Assembly (NCBI GenBank): GCA_964035545.1
Contig: OZ037765.1
Span: forward strand, 26,039,504 to 26,103,503
From: Bugula neritina
Taxonomy: Eukaryota; Animalia; Bryozoa
Length of the DNA: 64,000 bases
Direction of reading: 5' to 3'
The position numbers and the translations under genes are program-made. This document shows, in pieces, positions 52,311 to 64,000 of this stretch. The notes beneath the pieces are model-generated. The model saw only the letters and a program-made list of their open reading frames with translations, made no database searches and had not been told where the DNA came from. Each line of letters starts with the position of its first letter. Position 1 is the stretch's first letter.

Positions 52311-52829
52311 CCATCAAATTGATTATTGGAATTGGAGGCTTAAAATGCCCACTTCTAGTGCTAATAATAGTTGCTAAGCCTTCAAGTAATGTAGTTTTGA
52401 GCATATATTTAAAAAAAATAAATTGATATATTTTAGTTTGCCGTGTTTCTAACTTGAACTTATAGGTGTGCTATCAAATTTATTATAATTATTAGGAAAA
52501 TCGAAATGAATTTGAAATTTTGAATGTAAATTAATGATATTGATAGTGATTATAATCATAATGCATGTCGATATGAAATTTAATATAAATATCAAGTTCA
52601 ATATAATTTAATATTATTATTACAATTTCAAATATTATTGTAATATAAATATAAAATATAGATATATGAATGTAAAATTAAAGTTAAAGCCTAAAGCCAA
52701 GCCCAAAGGATAAATTTAAGTAATAAATATAAATATGTTTTGAATTTTCATTTTGATTATAAATTAATAACAATATGTAATAAAAATGGAATATTGTAAT
52801 AATTATAATTAATTATATTTACTAATAAT

Positions 52830-52980
52830 AATCTTCATAGTCATTAGTCACAGAATGAGTATGAGTATCACTATCATAGTCATACATTTACAATTACATG
52901 CTAATGGTAGTACTCATAGTCATAGTTGTAGTTATTGTGATAATCAAATTCAATATAATAATAATCATAATGATAATGTG
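52830..52980. repeat. 6-bp periodic tract in LRRFIP 5' intron
   Basis: AGTATG AGTATC ACTATC ... ACTCAT AGTCAT AGTTGT AGTTAT; looser ANT-NNN periodicity from about 52530. Confidence 0.75.
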
Positions 52981-54359
52981 GTATGTTGGTTGCGAAAATT
53001 AGATAAATGTGTTCAAATATATACATACCAAACCTTGTTGGGGCTATAATGTAATAATGGGATCAAGTTACTTTATAAATGCAGTTAAAAGTATTTTTTC
53101 AAAAGTTGCAGAATTGTGTAACTAGAGTATAGTTTTCAGCCAAATTATCAAAAAATATTTAAAAGCCTGTGTGTTCAATAGAGAAAATCTACAACTACTT
53201 CAAAACAAAACCCACATTAAAAATTAAAGAATTTAAATTATTGAAACTACTTGAAACTACGATCCTTGTCAAATTTGCTGCTGATAGCATCTATCTATGA
53301 AAACCGATTTTTAATTTGGGATAAAATAATTTGCATGTATGAAATCTTACTGTAGGCTATTGTTTATCAGATTTTGTGCAATAAAGTATTTTTTAAGTTG
53401 TTTTTTGTTAGATGTTAAAATCAGTGTCACCAAAAGCCTTGCTGTAAACGACTTCTTAATAAAATCATAATCCCTTCTTTTTAAATTCATTGCCAATAAA
53501 TCACTGGGTATAAGTGTGAAAAATTATCATGATGAGTATCATTTGCAATCATAGTACAATTGATAAACATAATATAATGTTAGAAGTTTTCGTAATTATT
53601 GTGAATATCAATTTTTTTTCAAAACACATTTCTGGGTTACAACCAGAGAAAAACGGCTCCATCTGAAAATTTAGTAGCCAATCTAACATAAAATACAAAT
53701 TTAATTTTATGGCTTTCAAAAATATTGACAGTGCATATTTGACACCCTAGTTACAGAGTTGTCTTTTTTAAATTTTCAGTGCATTTTAATCATCCATCAC
53801 AAAGTTTGAAATTTGCTAATTCTATTCATCAAAAAATATATGTACTTTTAAATATATTGCGCAATGTAGATGTCGAACAGTGACAATTCTTCTAGAGGTT
53901 GTTGTCAATGTTTTACTGAGACTTATATGCAATGAACTAGTTGGACACTTTTGCCATAGTGATAGAGTTTTAATTGTTATGCTAAATATATGCAGTGAAC
54001 TTGACACTCTCTACTAAAATGAGCAATCTTCAATAGTTAGTACATTGTTATTTATTACTTAGTTAAAAATTGTTTTTAAATATATTTTTAAATTTGAATA
54101 AGGCAATTGTTTCAATTATACATACATTTTTATTATTTCATCTTTGTTAATCCTAAATTTGGTTGCCATGTTAATTTTAAAACTCAAAGTTACTCTCTAT
54201 AGAACCTATCAGTTTTTGCAGCAGTAATAAGAAAAGTGTAGTTTAATGTAAATTTTCAACTTATAAGGATTATGCTTTCTTTCATGTTTAATCTAAGGGT
54301 TGTTCCAAGTGTTGAGCTAACATTCAACATATTTTGTAGTACTTGGAGCTTCATAAAAA

Positions 54360-57300
54360 ATGAGTTCATCCTCTAACAGACACCGTGGAAAACCTAAGAC
54401 AAAGTTTTCTAATACATCATCTGGTGAAGATGCTGCCTTGGACAGTATTGCACGAAGAGTATGCATTGCAGATTAGTGCTCATAATTTTTACTTACTGTC
54501 TACACAATACAATTATGCAGCATTTTAAAATAGTTGGCAGTTTATTCCAAGTTATGGATTTTTTTAACTAGGCTGAAGAATTATTACAAGAGAAACGTAA
54601 AGAGCGAGAACGGGCCAGAAGGATTAGGTTGAAAGAGCTAGAAAAGAAACAGCGAGAGGTAGTAGCAGCTGCATTCATTAAATACCCAAATTATAGTAGA
54701 CCATCAACTGCAGATTGTTACACCTATCTAATTGCATTGATTGTAATTATAAATTAAGTGTAGTGTAATAATGTATTCATATATACACTAACTAGGGCAA
54801 CTGACTAGTGCAGGGCTGTCGTAGCATTTTCTATGCAACTATGGATGCTATATAAGTAAATTGGGTTGTTACTGATTCTTTATCTATTTCAAAATCTATT
54901 AATGGTCTTGCAGAGTTTTATCATCTAGTATGCTTATTCAAAGCACAGAGATTTATGCTAATGTGTTTTGTACATTGTTGTATATTGTGTTGTGTTGTGT
55001 TTGTACTAGTGTTACATAAACCACGTTACAAGCAAGCTTATTTGTATACATGTATTTGATATCAGATTACAATTGGACTGTGATCAAGACCTTCTAAAAC
55101 TTTATTTAATCAATAAAGTTTTTATCTCACTGTGACTATAGAACAGGTGATTTTAATGGAATTATCAAAATAAAAACAAGTTTTTGCCAGACCTTTATAA
55201 GCATTGGCATTTCATTTAAAGTCTTCAGTGCAACTGGAGCTGGAGATATTAACTATCATTTTTCAGAACTTCTATTTTACTATTTTGAGGAATTTGTAAG
55301 TCAATTATTTGTCTGTAATTTTAGCAACAAACCTCTTCATATTAATAGTCTGACAGATATGGCACCAAAATATGGGATATTTTTATCTGATTTTTTCCTA
55401 TTTTTATTCCTAACGTTGGTTGATGGTAGCTAATTTCTACCCCGACACCAAATTGAATTGTCAAATAAATTTTTTATTTTTCATTAAAATTGGCTCTTTT
55501 AACAAAAAATTATTTATAACTTTTCATTTGTAGGATGATGATTCATTAGACAGACAATATGCAATAGATAAAACAACCGGGTCAAGGACATATGCTTCTT
55601 CAAATCCGTCATCATTATCATCAGCAGGTAAAGATGATACTCGGTCTCGCAAAAGTAGCATCGACTCAATAGACTCCACAGATGGTGCACCTGTTAACAA
55701 AGATTACAAGGTGATCTACCTTTCATTTACTAGTTTACAGCTCTGCTATTAGTATGAAGTAATCTCTCTGTGCGTTCACTCTTCGCTATATGCTACATCA
55801 TGTTATCTAATAATAATCATACTACTAAAGTGTACTCTAACAATAATATGAACATTTTGAAGAGCTATTTATTGCTTGTTTATTGGAGATGTCAGGTAAT
55901 GTAAATGTCTCTTCACACAAATTTGACAAAATATCTTCTAATATATATCTCATATGAAGGGCATTTTATGAAGTGTTGTGTTTCACCTTGTCTCTAATAG
56001 TGTAAAATGTTGTTTTAGATTTTATATAATGAATTAGACGAAAAATATCGAAGATCAATGATGACAAATGCACAACTTGATAATGAAAAGCAAGCATTAG
56101 TTTATACAGTGGAAGACTTAAAGGTGGGTGCTACTTGCGGTGTTGGTCATTTCTATTTTGGGGTTATTTTGAAACCAAGTAATGCTTTGCCAAAATCAAT
56201 CAATATGCCATAACACTGCCTGTGTGTATTGAACAGCATTAAACAGCTGGGGGGTGGCATAGATGTGTTTCACAATCTGGTTTCCTAAAGATAAATTTTT
56301 AGTTTTTACCTAATTTGCATAATGAAAACAGAAAATACAGCGCTCACTGAATTACTGTACGAATTATAATTATATTAAATAGTTTAGGCTATTTTTCTTC
56401 AAGAAGTCAAAAATGTTGTGGATTTGTCTTAAAATGACTTTAAATGTGATTACATGACATTAAACTCAGCTGAGAGACTTGACGAATTCAAAAAACCTCG
56501 AATATTAACTTAGAAATATGTTGTAGGTGTGCATTAGCTCTAATCTGTACCCACATATAACTGCAACACTGAGTTGCTAGCATGACTTATGATATAACAG
56601 GAGTCTTGTGCCAATGGGCTAAACGTCATGTCAGTGTATTCAAATACATGCATGTGGTTTGTGGGATATCAGATCTAGGGTGGCAAGGCATAATTCTCTA
56701 AATAGTTGGGATTGCAAAGGTGATGCAGTGGGTTGCACATGTTATGTTAAGTAGTAGTTGCAATTGGTTATATATTAATCTAAATAAAGTAAAACAGATG
56801 ACAGCATTTGCGGTCTGCTCCATGTTTATAATACTAATCTTTAAAGTTAGCTTCATAAAAATAATAACATATTTTTATAAAAATTTGATCGACCTTCTGT
56901 GAGTACCTTTAACTAGTATGATCCTAGGCTACAGTGATACAATGATACAAACCAATCTAAGCAATCACTGTTGTTTCAAGTTGTTACTACATACATTGTA
57001 TTCATGTAGCTCAGAAAACTGATTCATTATCATATACTCTACACAGGATAAATTAGATGACATGGAAGAAGCAAAACATTTAATTCAGCGAGAATTGAAA
57101 GATAGGCAAAAACAGTTGGATGCAGAAAAACGAAGTGTTAAAACTAAAGAAGCCGAGTTGGATAGATTAAAAGAAATGATGATTCAAAGAGATGAACTTT
57201 TAAAGGTGTGTTTGAACAATGGAATACCTAGTTTCAGGTATTGCCGATTTCTTCTCAAAATATGTGTGATAAGTTTGGACATATGAAGAGCTATTAAGCA

Positions 57301-60300
57301 GCTGTTGCTGAAACATGCTTCATCGCTGGTCACTGCTGTCATTGCTTTTACTGAAATCTTATGTTTTATTTGACAGACTTGCATGTCAAAATCTGACAAC
57401 TTCTTTTACAAGAACATAGGCTAAAACCTTAAGTCTGACCATTTTTTAATTGTGTCTGAAATGTAAGCCTCCAACATACCAAAGTGTTTATTGATATTCC
57501 CAAAACAGGTCAACGCTCTACCAATCTATTACTTTGTTGCATTTTTCAACTAATGGTCTGTGCTGTAGTTCAGGCTCTATGTGTTATCCTTAATAGTCAC
57601 CTCTTGTTTCTTCCTATATTTCTACTACTCAGAAAAAGCTCACGTAACTTTATAGTCACTATTCCTGTAAGAAACTTTTTTAAAAGCAGTCTTATACGGC
57701 ACAGGAGCGATTAAGACTGAATGCTCTTCCTAACATCACCAATGGCCTTTACTGTGGATTGAACCCATGACCTTGTATCCTTCTACTACTCAAAATGCTA
57801 TCAATTTCAGTCTTGATTCGCTATAAAATTGGAGTTTTTGCATTACTATAAGATAGTCAGTCATTCAGGGTGTTGCTAGTCAACTTCGTTATTTGGGTGA
57901 TGCATCATTTTGTGTCAAGTTTATGACTGAAATTTGAATAATAAAGTTGTTAAGACTGAATAGTCTAGTTTGATTGAAAGCCGAGTAACTCCCCCATTAT
58001 AGTGTTGTATTACACACTGAGAATCTCTACAAATAGGCTAGCTGAACTTCTGCATCATTTTCATGATTGGAGTAGCCTTTTGTGCTTTTTGACGCAATGT
58101 GTTTCTTTTTTATGTTGGATTTTCAATTTTATTTATTGAGTTATGAAAGGTGGAAGAAAATCTGGAAAGGATACATTTCTTAATTAGACGTGGCAAGATA
58201 ATAGCATTTCTAGCAAAAACTAATCATTGTTAAAATACACCAATAGTCCAGCTGCTAAGGTTTTTTAACTCTGGTGTATGTTTTTGACAGTATTTTGTCA
58301 TCATATCTTTCATTTTACACCGATGATCTCAAATAACTCATTGTCAAGTACGTGGTCACATTTGTTTCATTTGTATGAGTTACAGTTACTTTTGAACATC
58401 TCCGACAATATTGTGAGCTCTAAATTTTTTCATTCTATAATAACTGTTTTAAGTAGTATCATTCAAATAAATTTAGACACATTATGTAATACCTGATGGT
58501 CATCACTACAGTGTTGTATATATGTACTACAGTGTTGTATATATGTACTACAGTGCTGTGTATATGTACTACAGTGTTGTATATATGTACTACAGTGTTG
58601 TATATATGTACTACAGTGCTGTATATATGTACTACAGTGCTGTATATGTGTACTACAGTACTGTATATGTGTACTACAGTACTGTATATGTGTACTACAG
58701 TGTTGTATATGTGTACTACAGTGCTGTATATGTGTACTACAGTACTGTATATGTGTACTACAGTGTTGTATATGTGTACTACAGTGTTGTATATATGTAC
58801 TACAGTGCTGTATATGTGTACTGCAGTGTTGTATATATGTACTACAGTGTTGTATATATGTACTACAGTACTGTATATGTGTGTTGCAGGAACATAGGTT
58901 AATATATGTACAAGCAGAGGAAGTTCCGCCTGCTTCTAGTCGTCTTGCTGAATCCAACGAGTCTAACGGCCGCGATGAGTTCTACATAGAGTTAGAACCA
59001 GAGCCAATCAAAGCAGCTCTTATTTCACAAGATATAATGGAAATATTAGATACATACACTCCCGGAACAATAGGTAGAGTTGGTGAATTATTCAGTTATG
59101 TAAGGCAGGAGTTTAATTTATTACATTGTATTGTTTCTCTGCCGTAGTTATATGAAGTGGTCATAGATGACACTATGCAACCAATTGGTATATAATGTTG
59201 AATTCTTTTGCAACATGTGCAGCTGCTCTTTTTAGAGAGGCAGCATCATTAAAAGTTGTCGTTTTTAGTAGAACTTTACTAATTTTATTTGACCTTAAAA
59301 TTGCAAAATGTTACCCAAAAGTGTTGTCTTCAAATACCTTAGTTACAAAGACATTTGTATTTAAGCAGCATGTTGATGAAAATAGTTTTATAATTTCAAT
59401 TAAGCTTTTATGTAGTTGAACACATATTATAATAAGTGTTTTAACTACCAGTCTAAGACTAAGTATGTAGGCTAAAGTGTTTTAATGCTTGCTGAAAATC
59501 ATTTGGGGATAGCCTGTAAAAAATTTGAAATAGTACTTAGAATAGATTTTTTGTATGCTGCAACATTGCTAATTTTTTTAAAAATTAAATCAATGCTAAT
59601 ATTATAATTTTATTTAGAATACTTTTCACTGTGTTTCATATTCTCATATGGTTATACCTTATACTTTTTCTATTTGTTTTTACAGAAGATAAAGTCAGAT
59701 GTGTCCTAAATGAAAATTCAAAGTTGAAGAGAGAGGTATGCACACACCTATCTCGAGCACAGTAACTCCAACCTATATAGTTATAACAAGCCTGCTGTGT
59801 GTATCAACAAGTGGTTTTTGTATTGCAGTTAAATAACGTCAAAGAAGATTTGGACAGCGAAAGAGAGCAGGCATCTAAACGACCCCAGAAGAGGTCACCT
59901 GATGTTCAGCTGAATGGAGTGGATGTGTCTAGCAATCCTCAAGTGGTGGAGTTACAGAGGGAGTCCACCAGACAAATCAGTGAATATAAACTTAAAGTTC
60001 AGAAGGCGGAGCTAGATATAGCCGCATTGGAGAGCAGTGTACGTGTGTTTGTGCTCAATTCTGTACACGTGAATGATACTATATAAATTACTGTGTAATT
60101 TCTTAAATTGTGGCTTCGATGCTTTAATTTGTAGAACATGGCATGTTTTTATGTTTTAAATACCATATAATTTTATTATAAAATCATCATAAGCAAGTTA
60201 TGGCATAGATCACGATAGCCTTTCATTTTAATCTTAAATTTGTTTTTAATGATCAAATAAATTTATTTATAATTTTTTAAACTGTATTTCTGAAATGGTA

Positions 60301-61538
60301 AAGTAGCTTGATTATCACTTTATTACCATTCCATGTAATAATATCTTTAAATGTGTCCTGCGTTTAGGCTGCAATATGTCCTTTCGTGGTTGCAGGTTTC
60401 CCGGCTAGAGGGCCAAGTCAAAAGGTATAAGGACATGGCTGAAGACTCGGAAAAAGCCGAGGATGAGCTTAAGGCTGAAAAGAGAAAAATGCAGAGAGAG
60501 GTAAGAGTAAGATTTATATCTGAGTTTGCATCTAACAGTGGATAAAAGCTTTGAACTGTAAAGTTAGTTGTTCCACTTTCCCACATCCTTAGACATAGAT
60601 CTTCAGGCATCAAATCTAGTCTGAATCTCATTACTGCTTAGAAAAATTTGTATTCGATTTTTAACTATTTATCATGCAGTTTTATTTCAGCATTATTGTC
60701 TCTATTCCACTTTGTCACGTCACTTCCCATATTGGTTACATCACTTGGGGGTGAAGTACTTGACACTCATCAGTGTTTGGTGATTAGCTGATTGCCAAAT
60801 TTACTTTTTTTCTCCAACAATATATAACTTGCTGTGAGTTTTGAACAAAAATTTCTTGAAGGAACAAACAAAAATAAAATTAATTTTACTATTATTTTCA
60901 TACTCCATTCCACTGTTTTTTGCTTTTAAAGTTCATAAATGGAAATAATAAATTATGGGAAGTTTTAGTATAATTAGTTATGTACATATTATAAACTACA
61001 TAGCATGAGATTTTGCTACTGATTTGCCTGCAGTGGGTCTCCAATTTTTTTGGTACTGCTTATCAAACAATGTGGCAATGTAGGGTTAGCCTCCGTCACT
61101 GCATTACATTGCCCATTAGGAATTAAGGCTGAAGGGTGAGATTTCTAATGGCTCACTGCCACATTACACAGGACTGTCACTGTACTTACGTAATTAGATG
61201 AGTATTTTGGCTATGCCTGCAATCCACAAGTACCCTGATTAGTGTGAGTTAACATGGTGTTCTCAAAGAATGTTTAGCTTGGTGCAGTGCGGAACTGCTA
61301 AGCCATAGCACGTAGAACAGTTTTTCTCCAAGTATATGTGGGCTGTAATGGAGTTATGCCTTCAGGCTCGTGTATGTACTTTGCAGAGGTTTTAACCTGA
61401 TGACCTATTTTTTAGCTTCGCGAAGCACAACAACAGATTGAAGAGTTGGAAACACAGAAAAGCCATTTGCAAAATCGTTTGGACAGAATTCGGCAAGCAA
61501 GGCGTGAAGTGTTGGGCAATACTGACCATGTTGCTTGA
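54360..61538 (+). CDS. LRRFIP2: Leucine-rich repeat flightless-interacting protein (LRRFIP1/2 family)
   Basis: [14 protein letters not shown]...[97 protein letters not shown]; TGA at 61536-61538. Confidence 0.93.
57631..57776 (-). mobile_element. tRNA-derived SINE, 5'-truncated/degenerate copy
   Basis: GGCACAGGAGC...ATGCTCTTCCTAACATCACCAATGGCCTTT...GAACCCATGACCT closely matches 18770-18843. Confidence 0.85.
58505..58889. repeat. 21-bp minisatellite x18 at an LRRFIP 3' splice site
   Basis: Unit T(G/A)(T/C)TGTATAT(A/G)TGTACTACAG; 378 bp between the first CAG (58511) and the last CAG (58889). Confidence 0.95.
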
Positions 61539-62362
61539 CAGTTTTGATGACTGAAATTGAGATTTTCTGTGGTGCAGACTGAGCTATTATGTTCTTCCAG
61601 CGCTTGCTCTGCCATCTAGCTTTGAGCATATATAACAAATGCATTTAATAAGTCTTAACGATTTAGACAATACAATAATATATCAATCCCTCCCCTATTT
61701 CCTGACTCACATTTTTGCTATACACATAGTTTGTATTCTTAGCTGTTGGCTTATAATTCAAATAATGTTTACACTGTATCTGCAATGGGCTATATATCAA
61801 ACTAAAATATTCACTAAAGGTTAGCTGATGCAATCATTTAGAATATAAATCAAGCACGTTAACCAGACACAAGGCAAAGTTTGGTTTGCCAACAACTGTA
61901 ATTGTTAGTCTTGTTTTATCGACAAGTAGTATAATTATTGTATTCTTTTGTTGCCATTATCATGCAATTTAATTTGCATTTTGTTACAATGCTGTTTTAT
62001 TAATATAATTATTATCCTGACATTGCGGATATCTTATAACTTATGCTACTGAGTTATGGTAGATGGCAGTTCCACCTTTTCTTCTATAGGGCTGAGCAAG
62101 CTGGTGACAGAACTTTGCTCTAATACAGCTATTGTGTTTTTTAAGCAAAAAAGATTTGGAGTTGTAGTGTGATTTCCAGCTCAATAAACGACAGAGTAAT
62201 TAGATATTTATCCTCCTGAATCCTTATATTGGTTTTTATACCCCATCAATCTTTATTTTATTCTAATAACCACTCCGTGCACCTGTCATCTCAAAAAATT
62301 TGGAAAACATCAGCAAATTATTTGTATATTTTTGGCACTATACTGTTATGAATGAGAAATAA

Positions 62363-62571
62363 GTGGTCTAGGGATTAGATTTTAGAGCGCTTGCTTAGTA
62401 AACACAGTCATGGGTTCGAACCCCAGTAAAAGCCATTGGCATTGGTGATGCTAGGAACAGCATAATTGCTTCTGTGCCACACAAAATGAATAAGTCCTTG
62501 ACCCCTTTAGAAAAACTTTTTCCTTCAGGGGTTTCTCACAGGGATAGTGACTATAAACTTGCTGCAGTTTT
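62363..62571 (+). mobile_element. tRNA-derived SINE, near full-length copy
   Basis: GTGGTCTAGGG...TAGTAAACAC..GTCATGGGTTCGAACC...GCCATTGG...CATAATTGCT...TTTCTCACAGGGATAG...AACTTGC..AGTTTT. Confidence 0.88.
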
Positions 62572-62938
62572 ATTAAAGGTACATATATGATATATCCATC
62601 GAACTATAAGTTTTAGTTCCTACCATCTATCAGTCTGGGTAATACAAAGGGTTAAAGATCAAGCTGGGGTATTGCTGGCACACCTAGTTTGGATTTCCTT
62701 TCAGAAATCGCTAAGCGAAGCCAAATGTTTCAAGCCAATTCTAACTTTTGATTAGGGGTGTAGAGTTAGGGTTATAGGTAATAAAACACGCCTACCAGGA
62801 AATCTATGCTCCACCTAATGCTTTTCCCTCGCATATTTTCTTTTGTACTCAGAAATCAGCGCGGCCATCTGCCCCCACAATATCGGGATTGGTATTCATT
62901 TGATGTAAATAACTTTTTTCTGTGTTTCAAGTGCAATT

Positions 62939-62975
62939 ATGGGTGTCGACATTGAACCTATTACCCCTGGCGATG
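62939..62975 (+). CDS. FKBP1A: FKBP12-type peptidyl-prolyl isomerase, first coding exon only
   Basis: MGVDIEPITPGD-G|GTAAG; a 37-nt phase-1 exon as in FKBP12 genes; YY1-like GCGGCCATCT at 62861. Confidence 0.85.
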
Positions 62976-63019
62976 GTAAGACTAAAATAATTACAATTAC
63001 TGATTTACTAATAGTGGCT

Positions 63020-63330
63020 CTAACTTTGAAACTGAAAATAAAAGTGTCACGGTGACACTCACTCTGACTGTGAGTGTGAGTGAGTGCCGAGCGGCTAAAA
63101 CTAAAAGTAAAATTGAATCAGTAGGTGCAACTGGAAGCTCAATACTGGGCAGTTGTCAATTCGACAATTGGGCTTTAAGTTTAAGAAGAGGTAAAAGTTA
63201 GCTTTATTACTTATACTTATAGTTATAGTTACAGTTGTAGAGTTAATGTTTTTACTCAGTTAATGTTATACTTATGATAATTAAATTAAGTATAACTTAT
63301 TAACTATAAGTTTAACTTTAAGTTAAAAAT
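63020..63330. repeat. 6-bp periodic tract in FKBP intron 1
   Basis: AGTGTC ACGGTG ACACTC ACTCTG ACTGTG AGTGTG; ACTTAT ACTTAT AGTTAT AGTTAC AGTTGT; ACTATA AGTTTA ACTTTA AGTTAA. Confidence 0.8.
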
Positions 63331-64000
63331 AAGTAAGTTTGAGTAATATTTGGATTAATAAATTATATGTAATGAATATAATTAATAAAATGAAGATCTA
63401 ATCAATAATTTAAGTTATAATCAAAATCATAATGATAATGCAAATTGGAATTGTAAAACTAAAAGTTAAAGTTTTACGGACTAGTCCACAGTTTAACTTG
63501 ACAGTTACAGTTCCACATCACGGTCATTGGAACTATTAATTTTACAGCATGATTATAGCCATTAGACGTGGCCTTGCTGATTCAATAGTGATGAGGTCTA
63601 ACATTGAAATTAAATGTTGTGGATAAAACGAAATGTAATTAATTGTCAAATAATCATTAGTTCTAATTTTTATTGCATCAATAAATTTAATTATATGTGT
63701 CCATGATTTTTGTCTCACTATGCTAATGCTAATAGTAATAAATGTGAAACCTCAGATGTACAAAAATAGTGCAATATGAATCTGATGCTGATTTTTTCAA
63801 ACTGAAAAGTGTATATACTATAATTACGTTGTCAAAATGCAATGATTTTATGCAACCTACCCGCAATTTCAACTGTGAAATTGATCATAGATATGGTTGG
63901 CATATTAGTGCATATAATAAGCTTTGACCTGCTTGTTTCAATAACATACATAAAGCTTCTGGTTGTTGTTTAATAAAAAAAAGTCTAGCACAAATGTCAA

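Noticed and set aside
58463-58957. ORFs (STYIQHC)n, (TTVLYIC)n, (YYSVVYM)n as independent genes
   Set aside because: By-products of a stop-free 21-bp repeat inside LRRFIP.
62750-62780. TTAGGG-like telomeric motifs (similar at 8760-8770 and 61080)
   Set aside because: Only one or two degenerate units; probably fragments of a dispersed repeat that I cannot define.

Overview
AT-rich, gene-dense genomic DNA from an intron-rich invertebrate animal; no prokaryotic features or CRISPR arrays. Genes in order: XRCC5/Ku80 (-, runs off the left edge), PASK (+), a CBARP/BARP-like single-pass membrane protein (-), CRCP/RPC9 (-, intronless CDS), IQCB1/NPHP5 (+), an unrecognised small type-I membrane protein (-), a decayed intron-containing histone H3.3 pseudogene (-), CUL2 (+), LRRFIP (+) and the first exon of an FKBP12-type gene (+). 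Repeats: four copies of a tRNA-derived SINE, two inverted-repeat MITE-like elements, a probable solo LTR, and 20-bp and 21-bp minisatellites. The most striking unexplained structure is a strand-symmetric 6-bp-periodic tract, (A[C/G]T-NNN)n with a drifting spacer, just downstream of nearly every inferred promoter and essentially absent from internal introns. Also notable: two U12-type introns sharing a GTATCTTTT donor, a CRCP/CBARP architecture that may share one transcription unit, and an in-frame array of duplicated splice acceptors in LRRFIP. All homology calls are from recalled protein motifs, not database searches, and exon boundaries were assigned by hand.
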